A stretch of DNA of 64,000 nucleotides, from NCBI GenBank assembly GCA_963783305.1, contig CAWAMW010000012.1, forward strand, positions 1 through 64,000, written 5' to 3'. The DNA is from an uncultured Gemmatimonadales bacterium (lineage in GTDB: Bacteria; Gemmatimonadota; Gemmatimonadetes; Longimicrobiales; RSA9). The position numbers and the translations under genes were made by a program. Position 1 is the first letter of the stretch. Every line of letters starts with the position of its first letter. The notes under the pieces were generated by a model. That model ran no database searches. It had not been told where the DNA came from and saw only the letters and a program-made list of their open reading frames with translations. Below are positions 48,502 through 58,273 of the stretch, in pieces.

Positions 48502-49998
48502 ATGGTGATGCCCCCGGAGCGCGATCATCGTCGTCGCAAGGCATACGTCGAGACGTACGGCTGCCAGATGAACATCAGCGATGGCGAGCTGATGGCGGGG
48601 ATACTGGCGTCCAGCGGGTACGCGGTGGCGGGGTCGCCGGAGGAGGCGGACGTGATCCTGGTGAACACGTGCGCGATCCGTGAGCACGCGGAGCAGCGCG
48701 TGCTCGGCCGTGTGGGGGAGCTGAACCGCCTGAAGAAGGCGAACCCGGAGCTGGTGCTCGGCGTCACGGGCTGCATGGCGCAGCGACTGGGAGAAGAGCT
48801 GCTGGAGCGGGCGCCCTACGTGGACCTGGTGATGGGGCCGGACGGCTATCGCAAGCTTCCCGAGACCCTGGCGGCGCTGCGACCGGGCGCACCGGTGGTG
48901 GTGGGCGCGGCGGAGAAATCCCCTGCCTCCGGGGAGACCGGTGCGGGGTCGCGGTCGGAGCTGCCGGTGCTCTCGTCCGAACTGGTGGAGCAGGCGAGTG
49001 CGGCGGCGCAGGGTGGGGATCCGAAGCGGCTGGCGGTCCTCGGCTTCGAGCCGCACGAGAACTACGAGGGTCTGGAAGTTCGTCGCACGGCGGAGGTGAG
49101 CGCGTGGGTACCCGTCCAGCGAGGCTGCAACTACCGGTGTACGTACTGCATCGTGCCGTACGTGCGGGGCTCGGAGAAGAACCGGGCGCCGGAGCAGGTG
49201 CTGGACGAGGTGCGGCGGATCGCCGCGTCGGGCGTTTCGGAGGTGACGCTGCTGGGGCAGACGGTGAACTCCTACCAGCACGGGGACTGGCCGTTCCCGC
49301 GTCTGCTTCGCGCCGTGGCCCGGGTGGACGGAATCCGGCGTGTGAGGTTCACGTCGCCGCACCCCAACGACGTGAGTCCGGAGCTGATCGCCGTCATGGC
49401 GGAGGAACCGGCGGTCTGCCGTCAGCTGCACCTCCCGGTGCAGTCGGGGTCGGACCGGGTGCTGAAGCGGATGGTGAGACGTTACACCGTGGAGCGGTTC
49501 ATGGCGATCGTCGAGGAGCTCCGTTCGGCGGTGCCGGACCTGGCCCTGTCGACGGATGTGATCGTGGCCTTCCCGGGGGAGACAGAGGCGGAATACCAGG
49601 CGACGCTGGACCTCATGCGGGAGGTGCGGTTCGATGACGCGTACCTCTACCGCTACTCGCCCCGCGATGGGACGCCGGCGACACGGCTACCGGAAGCGGA
49701 ATTCGTCCCGGACGCGGTGGGGCAGGGGCGGCTGGAGGGGCTCATCTCGGTGCACCGCTCGATCCAGGCGGAGATCAACCGGTCGGAGGTGGGCCGGGTG
49801 GAGGAAGTCCTGGTGGAGCGCGTGGCGAAGAGCGCCGGAGACATGCTGGGCCGGACCGAGCGCAACAAGGTGGTGGCGTTCCCCGGCGACCCGTCGCTCG
49901 TCGGCTCCTACGCCCATGTCCGGCTCGAGGACACGACGGGTGCCACGTTCATGGGCCGCCGGACCAGCGGGAACGCGGAGGGCGCCCGGGTGGCCTGA
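48502..49998 (+). CDS. miaB: tRNA-2-methylthio-N6-dimethylallyladenosine synthase
   Basis: TYGCQMN, NTCAIRE, GCMAQ, GCNYRCTYC, HLPVQSGS, TRAM domain. Confidence 0.96.
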   Translation: MVMPPERDHRRRKAYVETYGCQMNISDGELMAGILASSGYAVAGSPEEADVILVNTCAIREHAEQRVLGRVGELNRLKKANPELVLGVTGCMAQRLGEELLERAPYVDLVMGPDGYRKLPETLAALRPGAPVVVGAAEKSPASGETGAGSRSELPVLSSELVEQASAAAQGGDPKRLAVLGFEPHENYEGLEVRRTAEVSAWVPVQRGCNYRCTYCIVPYVRGSEKNRAPEQVLDEVRRIAASGVSEVTLLGQTVNSYQHGDWPFPRLLRAVARVDGIRRVRFTSPHPNDVSPELIAVMAEEPAVCRQLHLPVQSGSDRVLKRMVRRYTVERFMAIVEELRSAVPDLALSTDVIVAFPGETEAEYQATLDLMREVRFDDAYLYRYSPRDGTPATRLPEAEFVPDAVGQGRLEGLISVHRSIQAEINRSEVGRVEEVLVERVAKSAGDMLGRTERNKVVAFPGDPSLVGSYAHVRLEDTTGATFMGRRTSGNAEGARVA

Positions 49999-50032
49999 GT
50001 CGGTGCTCGCCCCCGCCCGCAGGACGGGCTGA

Positions 50033-52405
50033 GTGCGGGCGCCGCTCGTCACGACCGTGGCGGTTTTCGCAGCCGGCATCGCGCTGGGCCTGCAGCGTCC
50101 CATCCCCACCGGGGGTGGGACGCTTTGCATCATGGCCGCGATGGCCGGGCTGGCAGCGCTCTGGCTCCTGGGTGCTCGGGCGACTCTGGTCGTGCTGCTG
50201 CTGGCCGGCGGCCTGCTCGGCACCGCGACCCGCACCGCCGCCTCGCGCTCCTGCGCCAGCTGGATCCCCGACGACACGCCGCTGGAGGTTGTGGGGGTGG
50301 TGCGGCGGGTGGGGGCGCCGGGGGCCGCGGGAACCGATCGACTGCGCCTCCGGATCGACAGCGCGGGAGTGGCCGGCGGGCCGCGGGGCGCGCGGGGGGT
50401 GCCGCTGCTGGCGTGTGCGGCCGAGGTGCCGGCGCGGTGGGAGGGCGGAGTACAGGCGGGTTTGCGCGTGCGAGCGAGGGGGCGCTGGTGGAGCCCGCCC
50501 GGGTCCCGGTCGGGTTTGACCCGCCCGGGTACTCTCCTCCTGGACACGCTGGTCGTGTTGCCGGGAAGGGTGAAGCGGCGGCCCGGCGCAGTGCTCCGGG
50601 GGGCGGGGCTGGCGCGAATCGAAGCGGTGTTCCCGCGGCACGCCGCACTGGTGTCATCGCTGCTCCTGGCCCGGCGGGATGGGCTCGACAGGGAGGTGCG
50701 CGACCGGTATGCCCGTGCGGGCCTCAGCCATCTCCTGGCGATCTCGGGTCTTCACGTCGGCCTGGTCGCGGGGATCCTGCTGCTGGCGGCGCGGGCATTA
50801 CGCATCGGGAGAGTGAGGGCGCCCGTCGTCGCGGCGGCGGGGACGGTGGCGTACGTGGCGCTGCTGGGAGCGCCCGATTCCGCCGCGCGGGCCGCGCTCC
50901 AGATCGTACTGGTACTCGCCGCCCGCGCGCTCCAGAGGCCCACGCGGACGGAGGCGCTCATCGCGGCCGCGGCGTTGGCGCTCCTGGCCATCGATCCCGG
51001 CGCGCTCGCCCGGCCGGGCTTTCAGCTGTCGTTCGCCGGCGTTGCGGGGATCCTGGCGCTGCGCCGCCCACTCCTCGCCCGGCTCGCCCCTCTGGCGAAG
51101 GCAGCGATCGGGGGCAGGGTGAGCGCCCGGCCGTTGGGGCGATGGCTCGCGGACGGCGTTGCCACCAGCGTGGCTGCGACGGTGGCGACCGCGCCGATCG
51201 TGGCGTGGCACTTCGGAAGGGTCGCGCCGGTGGGGGTGGTGGCCAACCTGATCGCGATCCCCCTGCTGACCGCCGCCGTGCCGGCGCTGGCGCTGGCGCT
51301 GGCGGCGGGCACACTGTGGCTCCCCGCGGGTCGGTTCCTCGCCGGTGGGGGAGAGCTGCTCCTGGACATGCTGGACCGCACCGCGGCCGTGGCCGCGGGG
51401 CTACCGTATGCGACGGTGGCGGTGGTGCCCGGGTCCGCCTTCGTGCTGACGGCGGCCGTGGCGGCCGGGTATGCGGGATCGCGCCGTCTGGGCAGCGTGC
51501 GGCCCGCGGTGCGGGGGGTGGTGTGGGCATCGGCGGCGGCCGCGGTCCTGATGGTGGCGCCGCTGCGAGCCGCCGGGGACCGCGTGGAGATCCACCTCAT
51601 AGACGTCGGGCAGGGCGACGCTATCGGGATCCGCTCGCCCGGCGGCCGCTGGGTGGTGGTGGACGCCGGTCTCGCACGAAACGACTACGACGCGGGCGAG
51701 ACACGGGTGGTGCCGTATCTGCGCGCGAGAGGCGCGCATCGGATCGAGGGGCTGGTGGTGACGCACGCCGACGCCGACCACATCGGCGGCGCGGGGGCGG
51801 TCCTGCGATCACTGCGCCCTCGGTGGGCGGGCGGACCGGCGGTGGTGGTGGGAAAGCCGCAGTACCTGGCGCTGCTGCATCAGGCCCGGTCGGCGTCGGT
51901 GCCGTGGGTCGCGGTGCGACAAGGAATGGAGCTGACGGTCGATGGCATGACCCTGAGCTTCCTCTTCCCGGGCGGCGGCGACGTGGACGTGGAGGACGCC
52001 AACGACGCGAGCGTGGTGCTGCGGGTCGCATACGGCGAGTTCGCGGCGCTGCTCACTGGGGACGCCCCGGCCCGCGTCGAGGTGGCACTGGTGGAGCGGC
52101 TCGGGACGGGGCTGGACGCAGACGTGCTGAAGGTGGGGCATCACGGGAGCAGCACGTCCACCACGCCCGCTCTGCTCACGGCGACCGGGGCGGGCACCGC
52201 GCTCATATCCGCGGGGCGCGGGAATCGCTATGGTCATCCGCACGCCGACGTGCTGGCACGACTCCAGCAACGGGGGGTTCGAGTGTACCGAACGGATCGG
52301 CACGGCACCGTGGTGGTGCGCGCGGGGGCCGATGGCGTGCTGCGGGTAGAGACGGAGCGCGTGTCGGGACCGGGGTCGGGAAGCGGACCGGGGTCTGGAA
52401 GCTGA
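50033..52405 (+). CDS. comEC: DNA internalisation competence protein ComEC/Rec2
   Basis: GLSHLLAISGLHVG, GFQLSF, DVGQGDA, THADADH, LKVGHHGS, YRTDRHG. Confidence 0.93.
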   Translation: MRAPLVTTVAVFAAGIALGLQRPIPTGGGTLCIMAAMAGLAALWLLGARATLVVLLLAGGLLGTATRTAASRSCASWIPDDTPLEVVGVVRRVGAPGAAGTDRLRLRIDSAGVAGGPRGARGVPLLACAAEVPARWEGGVQAGLRVRARGRWWSPPGSRSGLTRPGTLLLDTLVVLPGRVKRRPGAVLRGAGLARIEAVFPRHAALVSSLLLARRDGLDREVRDRYARAGLSHLLAISGLHVGLVAGILLLAARALRIGRVRAPVVAAAGTVAYVALLGAPDSAARAALQIVLVLAARALQRPTRTEALIAAAALALLAIDPGALARPGFQLSFAGVAGILALRRPLLARLAPLAKAAIGGRVSARPLGRWLADGVATSVAATVATAPIVAWHFGRVAPVGVVANLIAIPLLTAAVPALALALAAGTLWLPAGRFLAGGGELLLDMLDRTAAVAAGLPYATVAVVPGSAFVLTAAVAAGYAGSRRLGSVRPAVRGVVWASAAAAVLMVAPLRAAGDRVEIHLIDVGQGDAIGIRSPGGRWVVVDAGLARNDYDAGETRVVPYLRARGAHRIEGLVVTHADADHIGGAGAVLRSLRPRWAGGPAVVVGKPQYLALLHQARSASVPWVAVRQGMELTVDGMTLSFLFPGGGDVDVEDANDASVVLRVAYGEFAALLTGDAPARVEVALVERLGTGLDADVLKVGHHGSSTSTTPALLTATGAGTALISAGRGNRYGHPHADVLARLQQRGVRVYRTDRHGTVVVRAGADGVLRVETERVSGPGSGSGPGSGS

Positions 52406-52418
52406 CGGGAGTCGTGGC

Positions 52419-52793
52419 ATGATCGGCATGATCAGTACGGCCGCTCGCCTGCTGGGCGGCGCGAAAGTGGAGACGCCCCTGTCTCTCCCGAAGGGGGTGG
52501 AGGTACGCCGGGCGCGCCTGGTTCCGCGTGTTGCGGGCTGGCTGGCGGGAATGGATGGCCCCGCCGCGGCCGTCACGCTGGGTCGGGTGATCCTGGTGGG
52601 ACCCACCGTGAGACCGAGCGAGCGGCTCCTGCGACACGAGCTGGCCCACGTCGCGCAGTGGGAGCGTCAGCCGCGCGCCTTTCCTTTCCGGTACATTGCT
52701 GCCCATATTCGGCAGGGATATCGGGATAACGCGTACGAGGCCGAGGCTCGGGCAGCCGAGAGCGGGCGAAGCGAATCGGGAGAAGGGGAATGA
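52419..52793 (+). CDS. DUF4157-like HExxH protein
   Basis: AVTLGRVI, LLRHELAHVAQW, YRDNAYEAEAR. Confidence 0.75.
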   Translation: MIGMISTAARLLGGAKVETPLSLPKGVEVRRARLVPRVAGWLAGMDGPAAAVTLGRVILVGPTVRPSERLLRHELAHVAQWERQPRAFPFRYIAAHIRQGYRDNAYEAEARAAESGRSESGEGE

Positions 52794-53818
52794 CTTCACG
52801 ATCCGTCATCACCATTGGCAGGCACATCATCGATCAGGAGCGACTGCATCCTGAGGCCACCGGCGCGCTGAGCGACATCCTGTACACCATGGCTCTCGCC
52901 GGGAAGCTCATCGCCCGGGAAGTGAGCAAGGCGGGCCTGGTGGACATCCTGGGGATGACCGGCGACACCAACGTGCACGGCGAGGCGGTCAAGAAGCTCG
53001 ACGAATTCGCCGATGATGTCATCTTTGCCGCGTTCGACCACACGGGGCTGCTCTGCTGCATGGCGTCGGAGGAGCACGAGGCGGTACGGGATATCCCGCA
53101 GAAGTTCCCCACCGGGAAGTACTCGCTGCTCTACGACCCGCTGGACGGATCGTCGAACATCGACGCGAACGTCTCCATCGGCACGATCTTCTCCGTCCAC
53201 AACAAGGTCTCGGAAGTGGCGCGGGGGTGCGAGGAGGACTGCCTGCAGAAGGGGGAGAACCAGGTGGCCGCCGGCTACATCCTCTACGGCTCCTCCACCA
53301 TGCTGGTGTATACCACCGGCAGCGGCGTGCACGGGTTCACGCTCGATCCGTCCATCGGGGAGTTCCTGCTGAGCCATCCCAACATCACCATCCCGAAGCC
53401 GGGCCGCCGGATCTACAGCGTGAACGAGAGCTACTACGCCGGCTGGTCCAGCGGGCAGAAGCGTCTCGTGGATCACCTGAAGGCGCTGGACGGCGGGAAC
53501 GGCGACGCGTTTTCCAGCCGCTACATCGGCTCCATGGTGGCGGACCTGCACCGGACCCTCCTGTACGGCGGACTCTTCATGTACCCGGCCGACTCCGAGA
53601 GCCCCAAGGGGAAGCTCCGGCTCCTTTACGAGGGATCGCCGATGGCCATGATCGTGGAGCAGGCGGGGGGCCGGGCGACGGACGGCGAGCGCCGGCTCAT
53701 GGAGATCGAGCCGACGAGCCTGCACCAGCGGACCCCGGTCTACATCGGGTCCACTGAGTACGTGGATCTGGCGGAGGAGTTCCTGTCGCAGGAAGAGGCG
53801 GTGGCGCCGGCGAGCTGA
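52790..53818 (+). CDS. fbp: Fructose-1,6-bisphosphatase class 1
   Basis: DPLDGSSNIDAN, RYIGSMVAD, GKLRLLYE. Confidence 0.97.
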   Translation: MTSRSVITIGRHIIDQERLHPEATGALSDILYTMALAGKLIAREVSKAGLVDILGMTGDTNVHGEAVKKLDEFADDVIFAAFDHTGLLCCMASEEHEAVRDIPQKFPTGKYSLLYDPLDGSSNIDANVSIGTIFSVHNKVSEVARGCEEDCLQKGENQVAAGYILYGSSTMLVYTTGSGVHGFTLDPSIGEFLLSHPNITIPKPGRRIYSVNESYYAGWSSGQKRLVDHLKALDGGNGDAFSSRYIGSMVADLHRTLLYGGLFMYPADSESPKGKLRLLYEGSPMAMIVEQAGGRATDGERRLMEIEPTSLHQRTPVYIGSTEYVDLAEEFLSQEEAVAPAS

Positions 53819-53842
53819 CGCCCCGCCGGCGCGGAGCCCGCC

Positions 53843-55039
53843 TCAGCCTGCGGCCTGGCAGTCCTCTTCCGGGTTCCGCTCCGTCGTCACCCTGATGGTG
53901 CCGTTCGCGTCCACCCGAAGCTCGATATCGCCGTGGACGTTCGTACAGTACGTGCGGGTGTTGCTCCGGCTCATGATCCTGGCCAGCGCGTTGTAGAGCG
54001 GGTGGGTCTCGCCGTTGGCGCTGATGAGCGCGACCTCGGGATCGGTGTGGTCCAGCCAGGAAGAGGCGCCGCTCGAGCCCACATCGAAGATGGCGTTGTT
54101 GGCCCCGTGGTGCCCCACCTTCAGCACGTCCACCTCCCCGGTCAGGGCGCTGAAGTCCTGGCGCCAGCGGCGGTTCGCCTCACGCTCCCCGTCCCCCGTC
54201 ATGAACATGGAGAAGGCGTCCCGTGTCACGGCGGCGCCGAGGGAGCCCTCGTTCAGCTCGTGGCCGTCGGCGTTCGGATCGTTCAGGTAGCTGTCCAGGG
54301 GCGGCAGCAGTGTGATCACGGTTCCATCATCGCCGCTCAGCGGCACGGTCAGGAGGTTGGCGGGCACGATCACGGTGTCCGCCCGTGCGTGCGCCTGATC
54401 GATGACACTTGTGTAGCCGCTGTAGTAGCGACTCTGCCCGTTGTAGATGAACCGCGCTACATCCAGCGACGCCAGCACGGCCGGCATCCCGTTGAAGTGA
54501 TCGCTGTGGGCGTGGGTCAGCACCAGCGCTTCCAGGCTTTCGACCCCCAGCGCCTGCAGTCGCTGGGCGACGTGGTCGGGATCGCTACCATCGACGCCGG
54601 CGGGCCCCGCATCCACGAGAACGTGGCGCTGGAACCCCTCCGCCGAGTCGGTCAGAAGGATGGCGTCGCCGCCGCCCCCCGCGCTGTTGTCGCCGAGGTC
54701 GAACATGCGCACGATGAGAACGCCGCCCTCGGGGACCTCGATGCGAAAGCCGACGGTGCGGGACGAGGCGGCCTCGCCGACGCGCGCTTCCACGATGAGG
54801 GTGTGATCGCCGAGCTCGGCCACCGTGGAGCCGGATAGGAACGGGGTGCCGTCGAGGGTGGCGCTGTAGCTGCCCCGATCGACCTCGACCGAGACCATCA
54901 CGGGTTCCGTGTACACGCCGCCCTCCTCGACCCCCGTAACGGAGATGGCCGGTGGGGTGGGCGGCTCGCTCGGGGAGCCCTCCGAGCAGCCGGCCAGCGC
55001 AACGCCGATGAGCAGCGCGACGGTTCGCCAGTCAGCCAT
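53843..55039 (-). CDS. Lipoprotein with Ig-like domain and ComEC-type metallo-beta-lactamase (nuclease-like) domain
   Basis: Lipobox LAGC; GGGDAILL, LTHAHSDH (HxHxDH), LKVGHHG, YCTNVHGDIEL. Confidence 0.85.
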   Translation of the reverse strand: MADWRTVALLIGVALAGCSEGSPSEPPTPPAISVTGVEEGGVYTEPVMVSVEVDRGSYSATLDGTPFLSGSTVAELGDHTLIVEARVGEAASSRTVGFRIEVPEGGVLIVRMFDLGDNSAGGGGDAILLTDSAEGFQRHVLVDAGPAGVDGSDPDHVAQRLQALGVESLEALVLTHAHSDHFNGMPAVLASLDVARFIYNGQSRYYSGYTSVIDQAHARADTVIVPANLLTVPLSGDDGTVITLLPPLDSYLNDPNADGHELNEGSLGAAVTRDAFSMFMTGDGEREANRRWRQDFSALTGEVDVLKVGHHGANNAIFDVGSSGASSWLDHTDPEVALISANGETHPLYNALARIMSRSNTRTYCTNVHGDIELRVDANGTIRVTTERNPEEDCQAAG

Positions 55040-55165
55040 GAATTTTGCCGGTCCCATTCAGCTACTCCTCTACGATGCGCAAACGCCTGGTTCCCCGCAC
55101 CTGCAGCGATACGGATCCCCCAGTGTAACGCCACTGGTGGAGGCGCGGCACCCATCCGCATGCGC

Positions 55166-55195
55166 TTGACTGTGGGCGAATGGAGCCAGTACAAT
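55166..55195 (+). promoter_or_regulatory. Putative sigma70 promoter of the lipoprotein-lipoprotein-TBDR operon
   Basis: TTGACT-N18-TACAAT. Confidence 0.55.
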
Positions 55196-55285
55196 TCGGC
55201 CCGGCAAGCCGGTGGGCTCGTGCGCCCGGCAGCCGGAAACACCAAGGTGTCAGGCTACCACAACCAGCTCGTTCTAGGAGTCCCG

Positions 55286-57172
55286 ATGTCCCGGCGAATC
55301 TTGCGTCTGCTGCTGATTGCTGCAGCACTTCCCGCCCTCTCCGCCTGTGATGGCGATACCACGGGTCCCGATGTCGGACCCTCCTCTCTCACCGTGCGCG
55401 CATACGTGGACGCGGACGGTAGCGGCACGTTCGACACGGGGGACACCCCCCTGGGCGGCGAGACGATCCTGCTGACGGGCCCCACCGGCAGCTCTGGGCC
55501 AATGGTCAGCCGCTCGGCCACGACAAGCGCGGAGGGTCTGGCCACGTTCGACGGTCTGGAGCCGGGCAGCTACTCGCTGTCGTATGATGGGGATGTGCCG
55601 GCCGGCGCGACGCTGGCAGGACCCACCACACCCGTGGTGGTGGCGCAGACGGTCCAGCAGGCGCTCGAGACGGAGTTCCGGTTCGTGAGCTTCCCCGGCG
55701 GGATCGCCGGCGTGCTGTACCGCGACGAGAACGCCAACGGTGTGTTCGACGAGGGGGACACGCCGGCGCCGGGGATCCCGGTGGCGGTGTACGCCGGCGC
55801 GTCGGCGGAGGGCGAGCCGGTGGCCGAGACGACCACGAGCCCCGGGGGCGCCTACGAGTTCGACGGCCTGCGGCCCGGCACCTACACGGTGGTATTCTCG
55901 CCGTTCCCGACCATGGAGCTGGAGGGCGGAAGCTCGATGACGGTGACGGTGGGAGCGGACGCGGTATCCACACCGTCGGTGGAGTTCACCGGCAACCTGC
56001 TGAGCCCGATCGCCGAGGCGCGGGCGCTGGCCGAAGCCGACGACAGCGTCGTGGTGGCGGTGGAGGGGACGGTGGCGTGGCAGCCCTCGTTCTCGGATGA
56101 CCTGTTCATTCAGGACGAGACCGCCGGGATCCAGGTGTATGCCGCGGCCGCGGACGTGCGGGATCTCGGCCTGGTGCCGGGCGATCGTGTGATCGTGGTG
56201 GGCGAGGTGGACCTGCGGTTCGGTGAGCCCCAGATCACGAACGTGTCGGCGCTGATGGTGCAGGGGAGCGGGGACGCCCCCACTCCGGTGCCGACCACGG
56301 CCGAGTCGATCAACGCGGGCGCGGTCGGTCACCAGCTGGTGTCGGTGGAGGGCGCAACGGTAACTGCGGTGGAGGTCCTGCAGTACGGCAACCAGTTCGT
56401 CACCCTGACCAATGCCGCCGGCAACGAGTTCGGCGTGTATGCTGACAGCCGGACTGGCGTGGAGGCCGCGCTCTGGACGGTGGGCGGCGTGTACGACGTC
56501 ACGGGCGTCGTCGGCTTCGACAGCCGATACGCGTACGCCAACCGGATCGAGGTCCGGGGCACCGAGGATGTGGTGCCGGGCGACCAACCGATCAGCATCG
56601 CCGAAGCGAAGGCCGCGGAGGCCGGTACAGAGGTGTCCATCGCGGGGACGGTGATCGCCCAGCCGTCGTTCGGGGACGAGCTGTTCATCCAGGACGCGAC
56701 CGGCGGGATCCAGATCTACGCCCGCGATGGAGACGTCCGCACGCTTGGCCTGGAGCCGGGCGATGTGGTGCGCGTGACGGGCACCACGGAAGACCGGTTC
56801 GGTGAGCGCCAGCTCACGAGCGTAACGTACCTGGCGGTGATCGGCAGCGGGGCCGCTCCGACGCCGACCGTCGTGACGCCGGCGGAAATCGCGTCCGGTG
56901 ACCAGGTCCACCAGCTCGTGACGGTGGAGGGCGCCACCGTGCTGGAGGTCGATACCAGCTGGAACACCTTCGGGAACCAGCTCGTGCGCCTGCGGGCCCC
57001 GAACGGCGAGGAGTTCGGCGTCTACGTGGACAGCCGGACCGGCGTGGAGGCGGACGCCTGGACGGTGGGCGCGGTTTACGACGTGACGGGCGTGATCAAC
57101 TACGACAGCCGCTACGATCCCTTCAGCTACCGAATCTGGGTGAGAGGACCTGGCGATGTGGTGGCGAACTGA
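55286..57172 (+). CDS. Lipoprotein: two SdrD-B-like domains plus duplicated OB-fold modules
   Basis: AGGAG RBS; lipobox LSAC; YVDADGSGTFD and YRDENANGVFD loops; two copies of IAEA...V.GTV..QPSF.D.LFIQD.T.GIQ.Y...L.PGD.V.V.G. Confidence 0.8.
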   Translation: MSRRILRLLLIAAALPALSACDGDTTGPDVGPSSLTVRAYVDADGSGTFDTGDTPLGGETILLTGPTGSSGPMVSRSATTSAEGLATFDGLEPGSYSLSYDGDVPAGATLAGPTTPVVVAQTVQQALETEFRFVSFPGGIAGVLYRDENANGVFDEGDTPAPGIPVAVYAGASAEGEPVAETTTSPGGAYEFDGLRPGTYTVVFSPFPTMELEGGSSMTVTVGADAVSTPSVEFTGNLLSPIAEARALAEADDSVVVAVEGTVAWQPSFSDDLFIQDETAGIQVYAAAADVRDLGLVPGDRVIVVGEVDLRFGEPQITNVSALMVQGSGDAPTPVPTTAESINAGAVGHQLVSVEGATVTAVEVLQYGNQFVTLTNAAGNEFGVYADSRTGVEAALWTVGGVYDVTGVVGFDSRYAYANRIEVRGTEDVVPGDQPISIAEAKAAEAGTEVSIAGTVIAQPSFGDELFIQDATGGIQIYARDGDVRTLGLEPGDVVRVTGTTEDRFGERQLTSVTYLAVIGSGAAPTPTVVTPAEIASGDQVHQLVTVEGATVLEVDTSWNTFGNQLVRLRAPNGEEFGVYVDSRTGVEADAWTVGAVYDVTGVINYDSRYDPFSYRIWVRGPGDVVAN

Positions 57173-57194
57173 GGCACGAACCCAAGGCGTGGTG

Positions 57195-58238
57195 ATGAAG
57201 CATATGAACGATCAGATGAGTGGTCGCGTCCGGCGTTGGGCGGTGGCCCTGGCCGCCGTGAGCGTGCTGGCCGCGTGCGATGACGACGTGGCGCCCCCGA
57301 CGGCCATCGAGGGGACGGGCTCGGTGGAGGGCCTGCTCTTCTACGACGCGAACCGGGATGGGCTGTTCGACCCCTCGGCGGGGGACGAGGCGCTGCCGGG
57401 CGTTCAGCTGGTCCTGCGGCAGCGCGGGACCGAGGACGTGCTCGCGGGGGGCACGGCGGTCACGGGAGACGACGGCCGGTTCTCCATGACCGGCGTGCCG
57501 CTGGGGACGCACGAGCTTTTCGTGAACGAGAGCACGGCTCCCGAGTTCGCAACCTTCTGTAGGAACCCCATCCCGGTTTCCGTCTATCGCAACGAGACGC
57601 AGTTCGAGGATGTGGACGCGCGTCAGAGCTGCCTGGTCACGATCGCCGTGGCCGAGGAGCAGCCGCTGGGCGAATACGTGACGGTCTCGGGGATCGTGGT
57701 CTCCGGGTCAGGCATGATCCGGCCGGGGTACATCCACATCGAGGACGAGTCGGGCGGCGTGCGGCTGTTCGACTACGCGCTGGACGACCTGGGCCTGGAG
57801 GTAGGGGACCGGCTCGAGGCCTCGGGGACGCTCGCGGCGTACGGCGGCGACTTCCAGATCACGGGGATCACGGTGAACGCGGTGGAAGAGGACGCGGCGG
57901 ACCCGCAGCCGACGCTGGTGACGACGGCCGAGATCTCGGAGGCGGGGCTGGATGGCAAGGACCCACTGCTGGGTCGGCTGGTGAAGGTGGAGGGAGCCGA
58001 GCTGGTGAGTGAGTTCGGCGCGGACGGCATGCACTATCGCAACGCCCTGATCGACACGGGTGAGGGCGCGACGATCGTCCGTCTGGAGGAAGCGGTGGGC
58101 GCCGGCACTCCCGAGATCGAGGCGCTGATGACGGTGGGCAGCTGCTACGACATAACGGGCGTGACGGGGACGTTCAGCCAGGAAGGGCAGATCTTCCCGC
58201 GCACGCCGGCTGACATCGTGGAGGTCGCATGTCCGTAA
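57195..58238 (+). CDS. Lipoprotein: SdrD-B-like domain plus OB-fold module
   Basis: Lipobox LAAC; FYDANRDGLFD; TIAVAE..VTVSGIV..IHIEDESGGVRLF..LEVGDRLEASG; QIFPRTPADI. Start codon uncertain. Confidence 0.78.
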   Translation: MKHMNDQMSGRVRRWAVALAAVSVLAACDDDVAPPTAIEGTGSVEGLLFYDANRDGLFDPSAGDEALPGVQLVLRQRGTEDVLAGGTAVTGDDGRFSMTGVPLGTHELFVNESTAPEFATFCRNPIPVSVYRNETQFEDVDARQSCLVTIAVAEEQPLGEYVTVSGIVVSGSGMIRPGYIHIEDESGGVRLFDYALDDLGLEVGDRLEASGTLAAYGGDFQITGITVNAVEEDAADPQPTLVTTAEISEAGLDGKDPLLGRLVKVEGAELVSEFGADGMHYRNALIDTGEGATIVRLEEAVGAGTPEIEALMTVGSCYDITGVTGTFSQEGQIFPRTPADIVEVACP

Positions 58239-58273
58239 AGGGTGATGGAGCTCGTACATCTCTGGAAGGTTCA

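Noticed and set aside
55146..55162. sigma54 promoter for the lipoprotein operon
   Set aside because: The GG-GC spacing is off by one, and a sigma70-like promoter fits better.
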